Shown here piece after piece: positions 44,968 to 54,518 of a stretch of 64,000 bases of DNA. Source of the stretch: Pelagomonas calceolata (lineage: Eukaryota); contig CAKKNE010000003.1 in assembly GCA_918797485.1 (NCBI GenBank), forward strand, positions 496,001 through 560,000. Reading direction: 5' to 3'. A model generated the notes under the pieces. It did not search any database and was not told where the DNA came from. It saw only the letters and a program-made list of their open reading frames with translations. The translations under genes and the position numbers were made by a program. The first letter of the stretch is position 1. Each line of letters starts with the position of its first letter.

Positions 44968-45402
44968 ATGTGCGGGTGTTGGTGGCCGTGCGGCGGCTTG
45001 CGAAGGAGCGGCACGATTCGGGCCTGCGTATGCGGTTATGAGGCCGGGCCAGACGAGCTTACGACGCATTTTATTCTCGGTGCCGACTCGAGCGGCATAC
45101 AGTGCCCCGCGGCGGCCGACGCGCGCGACGAATGGCGGGACCGCGTCGGCGCCGCGCTCTCGCGGCGAGGAGCGGTTGATTGGCTCTCGTGGACGCCCTC
45201 GATTGAGATCGTGGCGCTCTGCCTCGGAAATGGGGGCAATAGCAAAGATTGTGACCTGGACCGCGAGTTGCCTTTCATATTCACGGAGACGTTGGGTGCC
45301 TGGGCGGCGAAGGAACGCGAGCATGTCGTTCCTCGCATGTATCGCACGACCGCGTCTGACTCCGAATCTGGTTCTGATGGGGAGGAGGACGACGACATCT
45401 GA
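44968..45402 (+). CDS. Hypothetical protein (possibly truncated)
   Basis: 144-aa ATG ORF with an acidic tail, 64 bp from a promoter motif. Confidence 0.45.
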   Translation: MCGCWWPCGGLRRSGTIRACVCGYEAGPDELTTHFILGADSSGIQCPAAADARDEWRDRVGAALSRRGAVDWLSWTPSIEIVALCLGNGGNSKDCDLDRELPFIFTETLGAWAAKEREHVVPRMYRTTASDSESGSDGEEDDDI

Positions 45403-46116
45403 TCTCCACGGGATTTCTGATCTCTAAGTCCAGCCGGGCGTGCGCGAGGGCCTCGCGGAGGCGTCATGGCGGCGTTCGGCGCAGCGCGACATGTTGGGCT
45501 AGTAGGCGATTCATCCTCGGCTTCCTCGCAATTCAACGGGTCGACGGGCCTTCATTGGCGATGTTGACTCACCCCAGCAATTCAAGCTGCTTCCATGTGT
45601 CGGCCCGCCCGGGTCCGTTGTTGCGTCGTGCGGGATACTTGGTGGGTGTGTTTTTCGCGACTCCCCATCAGGTCCCCGTGCGCGCGGCGACGAGGATACC
45701 TAGACTTCGGGGGCGGCCTTGGCGGCGGCACTCGGGCACGACTCCACGGAGCGGCGGCGCGGCGGGATCCCGAATACCTTGACTAGCTCTGGGTCGGGTC
45801 TCAAGCAAAGCGCCTTCGCGTCCGCGTTCAGCAGATCAAGGTTGTGTGGCGGCGGTTCCCTTTTTTTTCCCGCACATCGCTGCACGACCTCTGCGACGAG
45901 TCCCCTGGGGCGGGGAGGGGTCCCGCAAGACCGCGCGCAAAAACCCGTCGGTTAAGCAGAGGCTAGGCTAGGCAGCCAACCGGCATGCGCAAGGCAGACC
46001 GGGCTGCCTCCGCACCGAGAACGCATTTTTTGCGACCGTGCGTGGTGCCGCGGGCCGCATGCTGAGTAAGTGAGCATGCATGCGACTGTCTGAGCAAAAT
46101 TAAAGCAGCCCCCACC

Positions 46117-48129
46117 ATGAAAACACGCACCGCCCTCGTCGTCGTCGCGGCGACGACGAGCGCCCTCGACAACTGGATGACTTTGAGGACGACGGACGAC
46201 GACGACACGAAGCGCCCGAAGGAGTTGGAAGCGTGGTGCAGCGCCCTGAAGCGCCACCCTCCTTTGGCGAGGCAGCCGTGCTGGGGCGCGCCTGAATTGA
46301 AAAGAAGGTCGGGTACGCACCGGGCCTACACCCTGGCCGAGAAGCTGCGACGAGGGGCGACCTCGAGTGACGGCGCGGCCATCTTCCCGTCCGAGGCGGG
46401 CCAGGACGCGTGGCTCTGGAGAAGGCACCTCCGTCATTTGAAAAGAGAGATTGTTTATGTGGACATCGGGTCGAACGATTTTTTGCATACGTCGGAGTCG
46501 TATTTCTTGGATGCCTGTGCCCAAGCCAGAGGTGTCTGCGTCGAGGCGTCACAGGCGTACATCAAGGATTATGAGGACTACGGGAGGACCTGCAAAGTCT
46601 ACAACGACTGTTTGGGTGCTACGCCGCAGACGATAGAATGGGTCGAGTACGGCAAGGGCTCCGGCTCCACGAGGTCTGGTGTGTTGACGACCAACAAAAG
46701 CTGGAAAGCACGCATTCGAAGGGACCACGCGACGGTAACGAATCGGACGTGCACTACCGGTCGTCATATCTTACAGAAGGAACAAATAAAGCACGTGGAC
46801 TGGCTCCAGGTCGACGTCGAGGGCCACGAGCTCGAGGTGCTTAAAGGTATTGACTTCGAGACTACAACTATCGACGTCGTCTCGATCGAGTCGAATTTGC
46901 ATTCCGGCGCGCCGTACTATCTGGAGAAGCTCGGTTATACGCTGGCGCATCGCATCCGGGTCACGCGGGGCCACGTCGACGAGTTCTGGATCCGGAAGGG
47001 CTTTTCGTTACTAGGGCAGGAGGAGAAAAAAGTACCATGCGCGCGGCCGGGCGAGGCGGCCTTTCTCGTGGACCCCCACACGCTCATGAGGGGCAAGTGG
47101 GGGAAGCACGGTTTTTTGACCGAAAGCGAGGCCGCCGCCGTCGCCATGAAGACGCATAGAAGGCTCGCGGCCTGCTCGCAAAGGCTCCTGGCGTGCTCGC
47201 TGCGAATCTACGCGGGCTTCGGCTTTCGGTTGGGTGTCTTGAATGGCTGCCTACGGGCCGCTGCTGCGTTGAATGCGACGCTCCTCTACACGCCCGACCT
47301 CTATCGGCGGGGCCAGGGCTACGGCATCTCGGAAAAGTCCGATAAACTTTTGAGACTTGCCGACGCGCTGCCGCGGGACGAGTGTGGCGAGCGGATTGCG
47401 GTGGAGGGGCCTCAACAAGCCCGCGCGGACTTCGACGCGTGGTCGGCGCCGTCGTCGTTGCCCGGAACGGGCGTCCTCGAGCTCAAGGCGCGATCGTCGG
47501 AGCGGCGCCACGGCGACGCGCCCTTCCTGTCGCACGACTACCGCGAGACGGCGGCGTGGCTTCGACAGCGTTTCTTAGCATCAAAGGCGTACCTGCCTTT
47601 GCAACATTTCTCCGGAGGTATTAATGTCGCTTTGCACGTGCGCAACGGCGACCGCCTGCCCGGAAAACGGTACGCGAAGCACGCCCGTCTGAATTTGGGG
47701 GACGACTACTACCTCGGGGTCGTGAAGGCGCTTCAAAGTATATCCTCGGTGGACGTCGTGGCCTTCGGCGCCAGCGTCGCGGCGAAGAAGTCTTCCCAGT
47801 TATTAGACGCTCACGGGAACGTGTCGCGCATCCCCGTGGAGGTGCCCGACGCGAAGGTCGTGTTGGACGGCGACCCTTTGGAAGCTCTAGCGCACCTCGC
47901 GCGCGCCGACGTGCTCGTCGCGGCGCGGTCCCAGTTCTCCTACGCGGCCATCGCGCTGTCGCAAGGGGTCGTCGTATACCCGTCAAAATGGCACGCGCAC
48001 CGCCAGAGCGTGCCGCGCTTCGCGGCGGAGCGCGTCTCGAAGTGCCACGTGCCGGCGTCGGATTCCGGAAATATCGACCGGGACCGCCTCGCGGCGGCGT
48101 TGCGGGCGTGCCGCGTCGTAGGGTCATAG
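46117..48129 (+). CDS. FkbM methyltransferase fused to a glycosyltransferase-like domain
   Basis: YVDIGSND, CVEAS, VDVEGHELEVL; C-terminal GFGFRL, ALHVRNGD, ADVLVAARSQFSY. Confidence 0.75.
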   Translation: MKTRTALVVVAATTSALDNWMTLRTTDDDDTKRPKELEAWCSALKRHPPLARQPCWGAPELKRRSGTHRAYTLAEKLRRGATSSDGAAIFPSEAGQDAWLWRRHLRHLKREIVYVDIGSNDFLHTSESYFLDACAQARGVCVEASQAYIKDYEDYGRTCKVYNDCLGATPQTIEWVEYGKGSGSTRSGVLTTNKSWKARIRRDHATVTNRTCTTGRHILQKEQIKHVDWLQVDVEGHELEVLKGIDFETTTIDVVSIESNLHSGAPYYLEKLGYTLAHRIRVTRGHVDEFWIRKGFSLLGQEEKKVPCARPGEAAFLVDPHTLMRGKWGKHGFLTESEAAAVAMKTHRRLAACSQRLLACSLRIYAGFGFRLGVLNGCLRAAAALNATLLYTPDLYRRGQGYGISEKSDKLLRLADALPRDECGERIAVEGPQQARADFDAWSAPSSLPGTGVLELKARSSERRHGDAPFLSHDYRETAAWLRQRFLASKAYLPLQHFSGGINVALHVRNGDRLPGKRYAKHARLNLGDDYYLGVVKALQSISSVDVVAFGASVAAKKSSQLLDAHGNVSRIPVEVPDAKVVLDGDPLEALAHLARADVLVAARSQFSYAAIALSQGVVVYPSKWHAHRQSVPRFAAERVSKCHVPASDSGNIDRDRLAAALRACRVVGS

Positions 48130-48148
48130 TGTTACACAAGGGTTCTGT

Positions 48149-48979
48149 TTACACGGGTCTCGCGGTCGGCGTCGAGGCGTCGACGGAGTGGACCTCCGGG
48201 GACGGCTCCTCGAGGTGTCGCGGCTCGAGGTCCTTGAGGACCTCCTCGGCGACGATGACCTGGCCCAGCTCGACGGTTGGTGGTCGCCTCTTTGATGATT
48301 GCCGGAAGCGCATCGCGGCGGCACCAATGAGAATGCCGGCGGTGAACACACATCCAACCGTCAAACCAGCACCGTCGACCTGGAGCCCATCCGAGGCTCC
48401 TCGAGAGTTGGACGACGACGCCGCTGCGGCTTCGCCGTCGTCGTCCGCTTTTTTCTTGGCGCCGTCGGCGTACCAGTCCTCGGCGTCGTCGTCGAAGCCC
48501 CAGAAGGTCATGTCGTCATCACTTTTCCGCCGCTTCCGGCACTCCTTCATTCTCAAACAAACGTCACCGTCCGCGCTCTCGAGGACCGTGTATTTCGGGC
48601 ATTGGCACGCCGGTACACACTGCTCCGTACAGACGTCGTCGGACTTCTCGCCGCAGACCTTTTCACAAGCAGTGCCACAATCCAACCAAACCCTATCGCC
48701 CGCGCACGCCTGGCTCGCCTCGTAGTTGCTCCCGTCGCACGTGAGGCCGCAGCCCCTTTCATATCTCTCGCAGGCGACCGTGCCGGGCTCGAAGGTCGGC
48801 CACCCGATACTCGCACACGTCTGACAGACCGAGTCCTTGTCCGTGCACTCGCCCGAGCCAGTGTTACAGGCGCAGAACGAGCCGGTCTCACAGTGCTTGT
48901 TCTTGTTGCACTCGGCCTCGATGCCAAGCGCGAGGTAGGTCAGGCCCAGGGCGACCGCCGCGCTCGTTGACGGCCTCAT
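48149..48979 (-). CDS. Cys-rich membrane protein with a TIL domain
   Basis: Signal peptide; CGTACEKVC...CTEQCVPACQC; transmembrane segment. Confidence 0.75.
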   Translation of the reverse strand: MRPSTSAAVALGLTYLALGIEAECNKNKHCETGSFCACNTGSGECTDKDSVCQTCASIGWPTFEPGTVACERYERGCGLTCDGSNYEASQACAGDRVWLDCGTACEKVCGEKSDDVCTEQCVPACQCPKYTVLESADGDVCLRMKECRKRRKSDDDMTFWGFDDDAEDWYADGAKKKADDDGEAAAASSSNSRGASDGLQVDGAGLTVGCVFTAGILIGAAAMRFRQSSKRRPPTVELGQVIVAEEVLKDLEPRHLEEPSPEVHSVDASTPTARPV

Positions 48980-49397
48980 AGTCTGATGCTCTGTTTGTCC
49001 TTGGCTGTCTGTCCTTTTGTTACTCTGGAGCCAGGCTTGGTGGAGGGGCAGCCCCGGTCTGGCCAGGCGATAGGCTTGGTGGAGGGGTAGCCCCCGATCG
49101 GTGAGGCGGTGCGCAAACTACTACCAGCTCCCCTTAACGCGGGAGGGCTCGTTACAACCTCGTATTGCGTGCCGCACAGCAAAGTCCCAGAACCAAGGGT
49201 GCGGGTTCGGGAACACCCGCATCAGTCTCTAGAAGACCTCCCCACCTTTGCTTTCGGGCGCCCTAGTACTACCCTATAACACGGCGTGCGCTTCAGCGCG
49301 AACGAGCTCGCCCCGCGGTGACGCGACGCCCACTAGTCCGAGCACCGTAACAACATCCTCCGCCGTCGACGCCGCCGACGAGACAAAGAAACAGAAC

Positions 49398-50957
49398 TTA
49401 ATCCTTGTCGCGGAACTTCTCCACGATCGCCATATAACGCCGCGTCCACCGCGCGTGCAAGGCCACGGCACCCTGAAACACCGGCAGCTGCAGCCAGAGA
49501 AAAACCACGATGTCGGCGTGGTTGCGAAAAGGCATATACGAATACACCTGCCGCACGGAATCGTGCAGCAATAAAACCTCCCTGACACCTAGCACCGCAC
49601 CATAAGCCAAATATCTACGAGCGCGCGCATCGGTCGCCGCGGCGAGATCCCGGTAGCACGGTCGGGAAGGAGGTGCTCTCCCACACCTCAAAGCGGCGAT
49701 CGTGGGTAATACGAAGCCCACGCACGCGGCGCCGGCCCGACAGACGGGACCGACCGTTATTAGGGTTACGGTACCAACCGCTAGGGCCCGCCACCCGTCC
49801 ACGTCGAACCAGATCTCCAGCGTTTTGGCTCGGATGCGACTCCCGTCGCCGATGCGCTTCGCTATGAATCCAGGTAATGATCGTCGGATGGCCTCGTTCA
49901 CCCACCACGGGTCCCGCTGGTCTCTATACGATGGTTGCGGGACAGGAGGTGTGGTATATGATCGTAGTAGTCGTCCTATTATAGTATGTGCTAAATCAGT
50001 GCCCATGTACAGCAACCAAACCAGGAACACGCCTCTCACTTCCTCTAGGACAGCTATATCATCCTCAAACAAGTTGATCGCATAAGGCAAAGCTCGAAGG
50101 CCGCCCCGGATGCCCGCTAGAAAACCGACGATACTCCAGAATTTTAATTGTTCAGTAACAGCAGCTCGCGCCGACGCCGCCCGCGGATCTTCCGAGTAGC
50201 GCCTCCGGTTCGCACTGACGATGTCCTCGACTTTATCTAAAGCAGCGGCTTTCTTCAGCGCCGCATCGGTGTTGACTAATCGTAATGATAAGCACACGAA
50301 CACTATATAAGGAGACGTCCAGAAGCCTGTCGATAGTGTAGGGTTGACATGTCGCACGAGCAATATCACCGCGAAGAACGCGACGTGAGGGGCCACCGAC
50401 ATACAAGCCCGCGACTTCGAATCCATATGTTCTAGAGCGCGGCGGTAGGCCCTTTTTATTTTATTTCGTTTAGCATCAAAAGAAACGCGTCTGATGACAA
50501 AGGCCCGGTGCCACCGTTTCAGCATCTTCCGGCCGCGCGGGTATGCTTCTACGCGCCATAACACGAAGATCGTCAAGAGTAACGCTACTTCTGCCGCTTT
50601 TACGTTTGTTGGTTGTTTTTGTATTGCTTGGGCTAGTTTTCGTAGTAAAGGTTCTCCTACGAGTTTGAGAAAGGCGTACAACGCCTTGATAAGTAGTAGT
50701 AGAGATTGCCAGACCTCCTTTAGGGCTTGCGCGACGTCTTGCACATACAATGAAGTTTCCGGTTCTAGGGACGCGAGGGCCTTTTCCGTGACATCGGAGC
50801 AGAACCTTACAGCCTCGTCGCGCGTCGCGGCCACGTGGGCGCTTACGTAGGTTGATATTGTGGCGAGGGCGCTCGTCGCCAGCGTTGTTGTGGTCGTGGC
50901 GACCGTTTCCATCGCTTCGGCGGCGCCGTCCGCGGCGGCGTCGACCGCGTCCGACAT
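49398..50957 (-). CDS. Membrane protein with an HVA22/REEP-like C-terminal domain
   Basis: Multiple hydrophobic segments; YLAY...YMPF...FLWLQLP.FQGA. Confidence 0.65.
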   Translation of the reverse strand: MSDAVDAAADGAAEAMETVATTTTTLATSALATISTYVSAHVAATRDEAVRFCSDVTEKALASLEPETSLYVQDVAQALKEVWQSLLLLIKALYAFLKLVGEPLLRKLAQAIQKQPTNVKAAEVALLLTIFVLWRVEAYPRGRKMLKRWHRAFVIRRVSFDAKRNKIKRAYRRALEHMDSKSRACMSVAPHVAFFAVILLVRHVNPTLSTGFWTSPYIVFVCLSLRLVNTDAALKKAAALDKVEDIVSANRRRYSEDPRAASARAAVTEQLKFWSIVGFLAGIRGGLRALPYAINLFEDDIAVLEEVRGVFLVWLLYMGTDLAHTIIGRLLRSYTTPPVPQPSYRDQRDPWWVNEAIRRSLPGFIAKRIGDGSRIRAKTLEIWFDVDGWRALAVGTVTLITVGPVCRAGAACVGFVLPTIAALRCGRAPPSRPCYRDLAAATDARARRYLAYGAVLGVREVLLLHDSVRQVYSYMPFRNHADIVVFLWLQLPVFQGAVALHARWTRRYMAIVEKFRDKD

Positions 50958-51168
50958 CCTTGCGATCCGTGCGCTACAACCACAGATTCGCGCAGCGCGG
51001 CGGAGTGCTCTTGACTCTGGGTGTTGCTTCTAGGGGGATCACTGCGAAGCGCCACTCTCAGTGCTCGAAGATACCAATCTGTGGTGAACACAGGCGGCTT
51101 GCTGCGTCCGAGCTCGTGCTCTAGGCCCCTAGATGCGCTTTAGATAGCAAAGCGCCGCGCACCGAAGG

Positions 51169-51190
51169 CTAGCGGTCTGTAAGACACTAG
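51169..51190. promoter_or_regulatory. CTAG-box upstream motif
   Basis: ctagcggtctgtaagacactag, in a divergent gap. Confidence 0.6.
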
Positions 51191-51527
51191 CACCAAAGTA
51201 GAAACGTCCGCAGGCTGGCGGTTTCTCGACACGACGACTTATCTGGCCCGGGAGACGACTCTTTATGTAGATTCGGCGCTAGTCCGACGCACACAGCTTT
51301 GGGGCCAAAGTTTTGGCCAGCGCTGCGCGACGCCGCATAGTTGCATCTGAGCACTGCTGACACTCTCCACAGGTGGCACCAAGTCGCGCTGCTGCCGAAA
51401 CCGCAGCGGTTTCACTGCTGCGGCTTGCTACACCCACCAAAAGCAGGAAACCGCAGCCATATCGACCTCGCGCCGTGTGCCGGGGATCGTTAGCTCGACG
51501 TCGTCAAAAGCAGGAAACCGCAGCCAC

Positions 51528-53832
51528 ATGGCGCGCGCGACGCGGCAGCAGAGCGGTCAATCGAACCTATTACTAGCGGCGGCCTGCGCAGCCCTCGGTT
51601 TTGTGGGAGGTTGGAGCTTCGGCCACGTGCACGGCCTCCACGCGTGCGATTCCAATGCGCTCGGCCACGGCAAGATCATCAGACCCTGCTCGCCGCAACC
51701 TAGGACACATTTAATCCACCAGGAGGCGAACCGGACGCGGCACGCGCTAGATGATGCACTGATACGCCTCAGCAAACTCGAGCGATCGACTACAAAATGT
51801 CCGAAGTGTCAATCGGCCTCGGAGGCCATTTCCCAGATCGAGGAGCTCGAGAACCAGGTGCGGGACCTCACGTCTTCTCATGAATCTTCTGGTGGAGAGG
51901 CTTCTCTGGACATGACCCAGTGGGCTTCCGTGCGGGCCTTCGATAGGGCTCGCTTATGGAGGGAGACGCTCGCGTCGCTACCGTATGTCCAGGGGACGAC
52001 CATCAGCCGGGGTGGGTTGTTGTTTACGAAGAGAAAACCCGTGAATGCTTCCTTGGCGGCGGCGAAGGCCACGTGTAGCGAGATTGATGTCGTCGTTGCC
52101 GATAGCAAGCCCGATGTTTGTCTCGCGGTCTTCGATTCGCGACTGCCGATCTACACGATGCTGCGGACGGACGCGTCCCTGCCTGTGTGGAAATCAACAG
52201 TGCGTCGGGTGCATCCTGGCTCGGTCGAGCGGTGAGGAACCGGCATCGCCACGCCATCGAGCAGGCGTCGCATCGATGGCGTGGCGGACAACGCGACGAT
52301 TCAGCGCGAACGCGCCATAAAATTTTGATTTCCACACAGGTCGGGGGGCAAGGTCCTGGAGAAGCAGCGGCTGGAACAGGCCCCTCGCCTCCACAAGCAC
52401 GCTGGTGCTGCTGCTTATACTCCTGAACGCCTCGCGAAGCGATCGCTCATAATAGCCCAGCAGGAGACGCTGCCGAAGAAACACTCCTTCATGGAGGCGC
52501 TGACGACCACCGCGAAATTCGGCGCGACGGCGCAAGGCGTCATCAAACGCATAGACGAATTGATAAGAAGGAGAAAGCTCGACGCGAATCGAAAAACAGT
52601 TGTGGTCATGGCGACGAACCAAGGCACTCTAGACCTCGTGGCGAACTTCGCTTGTAGTTGCAGAGCGGGCCCGCCGGAGGTCCAGCGGGCGCTGGCGTCG
52701 ACGCTCGTGTTTACCGGTGATTCGGAAACCTCAAAGCAGGTCGAGCTGTTCGGGCTGGCGTCGTTCCATGATAGCGCCTTGGGTGATTTACCGGAAGGTG
52801 CTGCTAAAGCGTATGGTGATTATGCGTTTGTAAGGATGATGTTTGCGCCGGCGTCCTTTTCTACGTGCTTCGTCGAGGCGGTTCCTTCGCGTCGATGGCG
52901 TCGAGGCTCATCGCACACGCCGTCGACGCGACGCCACCGCCGCGACGCCGTCGACGCGTCGGTCCCCGCAGGTGGCTCAAGATCACGTCCGTCTACAGTG
53001 TCGTCGCGACGGGCCGCCACGCGCTCTTCCAGGACGCGGACGTCGTGTGGTTGCGGGACCCGATCGAGTACTTTTTTACGCAAGCCGACGACCAGGTTGA
53101 TTGCTTCTTCATGGACGACGGGGCGCGAAGTGCTAGATATACGCCGCTCTACACCAATTCGGGGTTCTACTTCATCAGAAATAACATGCGGACGCAGTTC
53201 TTCATGCACCGCATGCTGATGGCTTATGATACCGTCTTAGCTGTTCGATCTCATCAACACGCCTTGATCATGCTGCTGTTAGAACCTGTGTGGAAATCAA
53301 TCAGCGCGTCGGGTGCACTAAGTCATTTCTCGGCGATGACGCGGCCCTCCTGGGTCGGTCGAGCGGTGAGGAACCGGCATCGCCACGCCATCGAGCAGGG
53401 CGGCGCGTCGATGGCGTAGAGGTTGACGCGACGATTCAGGACCGAACGCGCCGTAAAATTTGATTTTCACACAGGTTAGAACACATGGCGCGGCACGGCC
53501 TGACGGTGGGCGTGCTGGACCCCCTGCTGTTCCCGCAAGGACAGATCTTCCACAGAAAGAAGGCGATCATGCAGTCGTTCGTCGACGGCACGGAGCGGCC
53601 CTACGTCTTCCACATGTGCTGGACGGCCGGGCGGACGGACAAGCTGCGGTATTTGAAGAACATGGCCTTGTGGTTCTTAGAACCGAAGTGTGACCAGGAC
53701 TCATGGAAAGGGCATAGGGACCACGGGAACTCGACGTTTGATCACAACCAGGCCAACTGCTGCCTGGCGGGTGCGAAGCCGTGGACCGTGCCGACGCCGT
53801 ACACGCAGGTGATCGACCTGAAGTCTAAGTAG
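51528..53832 (+). CDS. Nucleotide-diphospho-sugar transferase (GT77-like); introns 52175-52339, 52841-52971, 53278-53474
   Basis: RMM|WLK, LFQDADVVWLRDP, NSGFYF, HQ..L, FHMCWT...K; all three joins are in frame. Confidence 0.88.
52183..52339 (+). mobile_element. Introner element, same family as 53286-53474
   Basis: Perfect 15-bp TIR; long shared internal sequence; GT donor 8 nt upstream. Confidence 0.88.
53286..53474 (+). mobile_element. Introner element (MITE-like) with perfect 8-bp TSD GTTAGAAC
   Basis: TIRs CTGTGTGGAAATCAA / TTGATTTTCACACAG; TSD at 53278-53285 and 53475-53482. Confidence 0.92.
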
Positions 53833-53848
53833 GGATATAGTATACAAG

Positions 53849-54388
53849 TCAATCCTTAGCCTTCGCCGATGGCAGCTCGCGCTGCACGAACGTAGCGACG
53901 TCCTGGCTCGTCAGCCCGGGCGCGCGGCTCGGCGAAGCTGGTCGCCTCTGCTCCACGACCTTGTCCCGCGCTCGCCGCGCTTTCGATTGTATGCTCCGGT
54001 AGATCGGAATTGCCTCCACGGACTGTTTTAACGAGCTTTTCAGCTCGTCCACGGCGGCGACGGACGCCTTCACGGAGCCTTTCAGCTCATTGACAGCCTG
54101 GCTGGTTTTTGGGAAGCCCGTGCGGAATGACAGCTGCGGCGGCAGCCACGGCTTCGGGGGCTTCGGGGCAAGCTCGTTCTGGACGAGGTGGGTGAGGTCC
54201 TGGCTCGAGAACGAGGGCGCGCGGCCGCTGGGCCGCCTGGCTAAGCTCGGAGCGTTCTGTGCGTTCGCTTTAGCCTTTAGATCTGCGCCTTCCATGGCAG
54301 CAGACCTGCCGCTGGGCCGCGGCGCGGGCGCGAGGGAACTACTCCCGGAGAGCAGTAAGAATGCGAGGCATCTTTTAAGAGCATACAT
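53849..54388 (-). CDS. Hypothetical protein with signal peptide
   Basis: ATG ORF; internal repeat SQDLTHLVQNEL / SQDVATFVQREL. Confidence 0.6.
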   Translation of the reverse strand: MYALKRCLAFLLLSGSSSLAPAPRPSGRSAAMEGADLKAKANAQNAPSLARRPSGRAPSFSSQDLTHLVQNELAPKPPKPWLPPQLSFRTGFPKTSQAVNELKGSVKASVAAVDELKSSLKQSVEAIPIYRSIQSKARRARDKVVEQRRPASPSRAPGLTSQDVATFVQRELPSAKAKD

Positions 54389-54518
54389 TATGAAATCAGT
54401 GTCCCAGAGACGTCGCGAAGGCCCGTTAAAGTCGAGCTCGCATCCTGGGATACTAGTGTGTTACTGTACTTAGAAAAAACAATGAAGAAGCGACCCGCAC
54501 CTAAAACAACTCGCATAC

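Noticed and set aside
45420..45960. Degenerate coding-like sequence
   Set aside because: Multiple stops and no identifiable homology
49030..49281. Short direct repeat, hairpin and TAACA end resembling a tRNA or LTR
   Set aside because: No cloverleaf; boundaries and TSD cannot be defined
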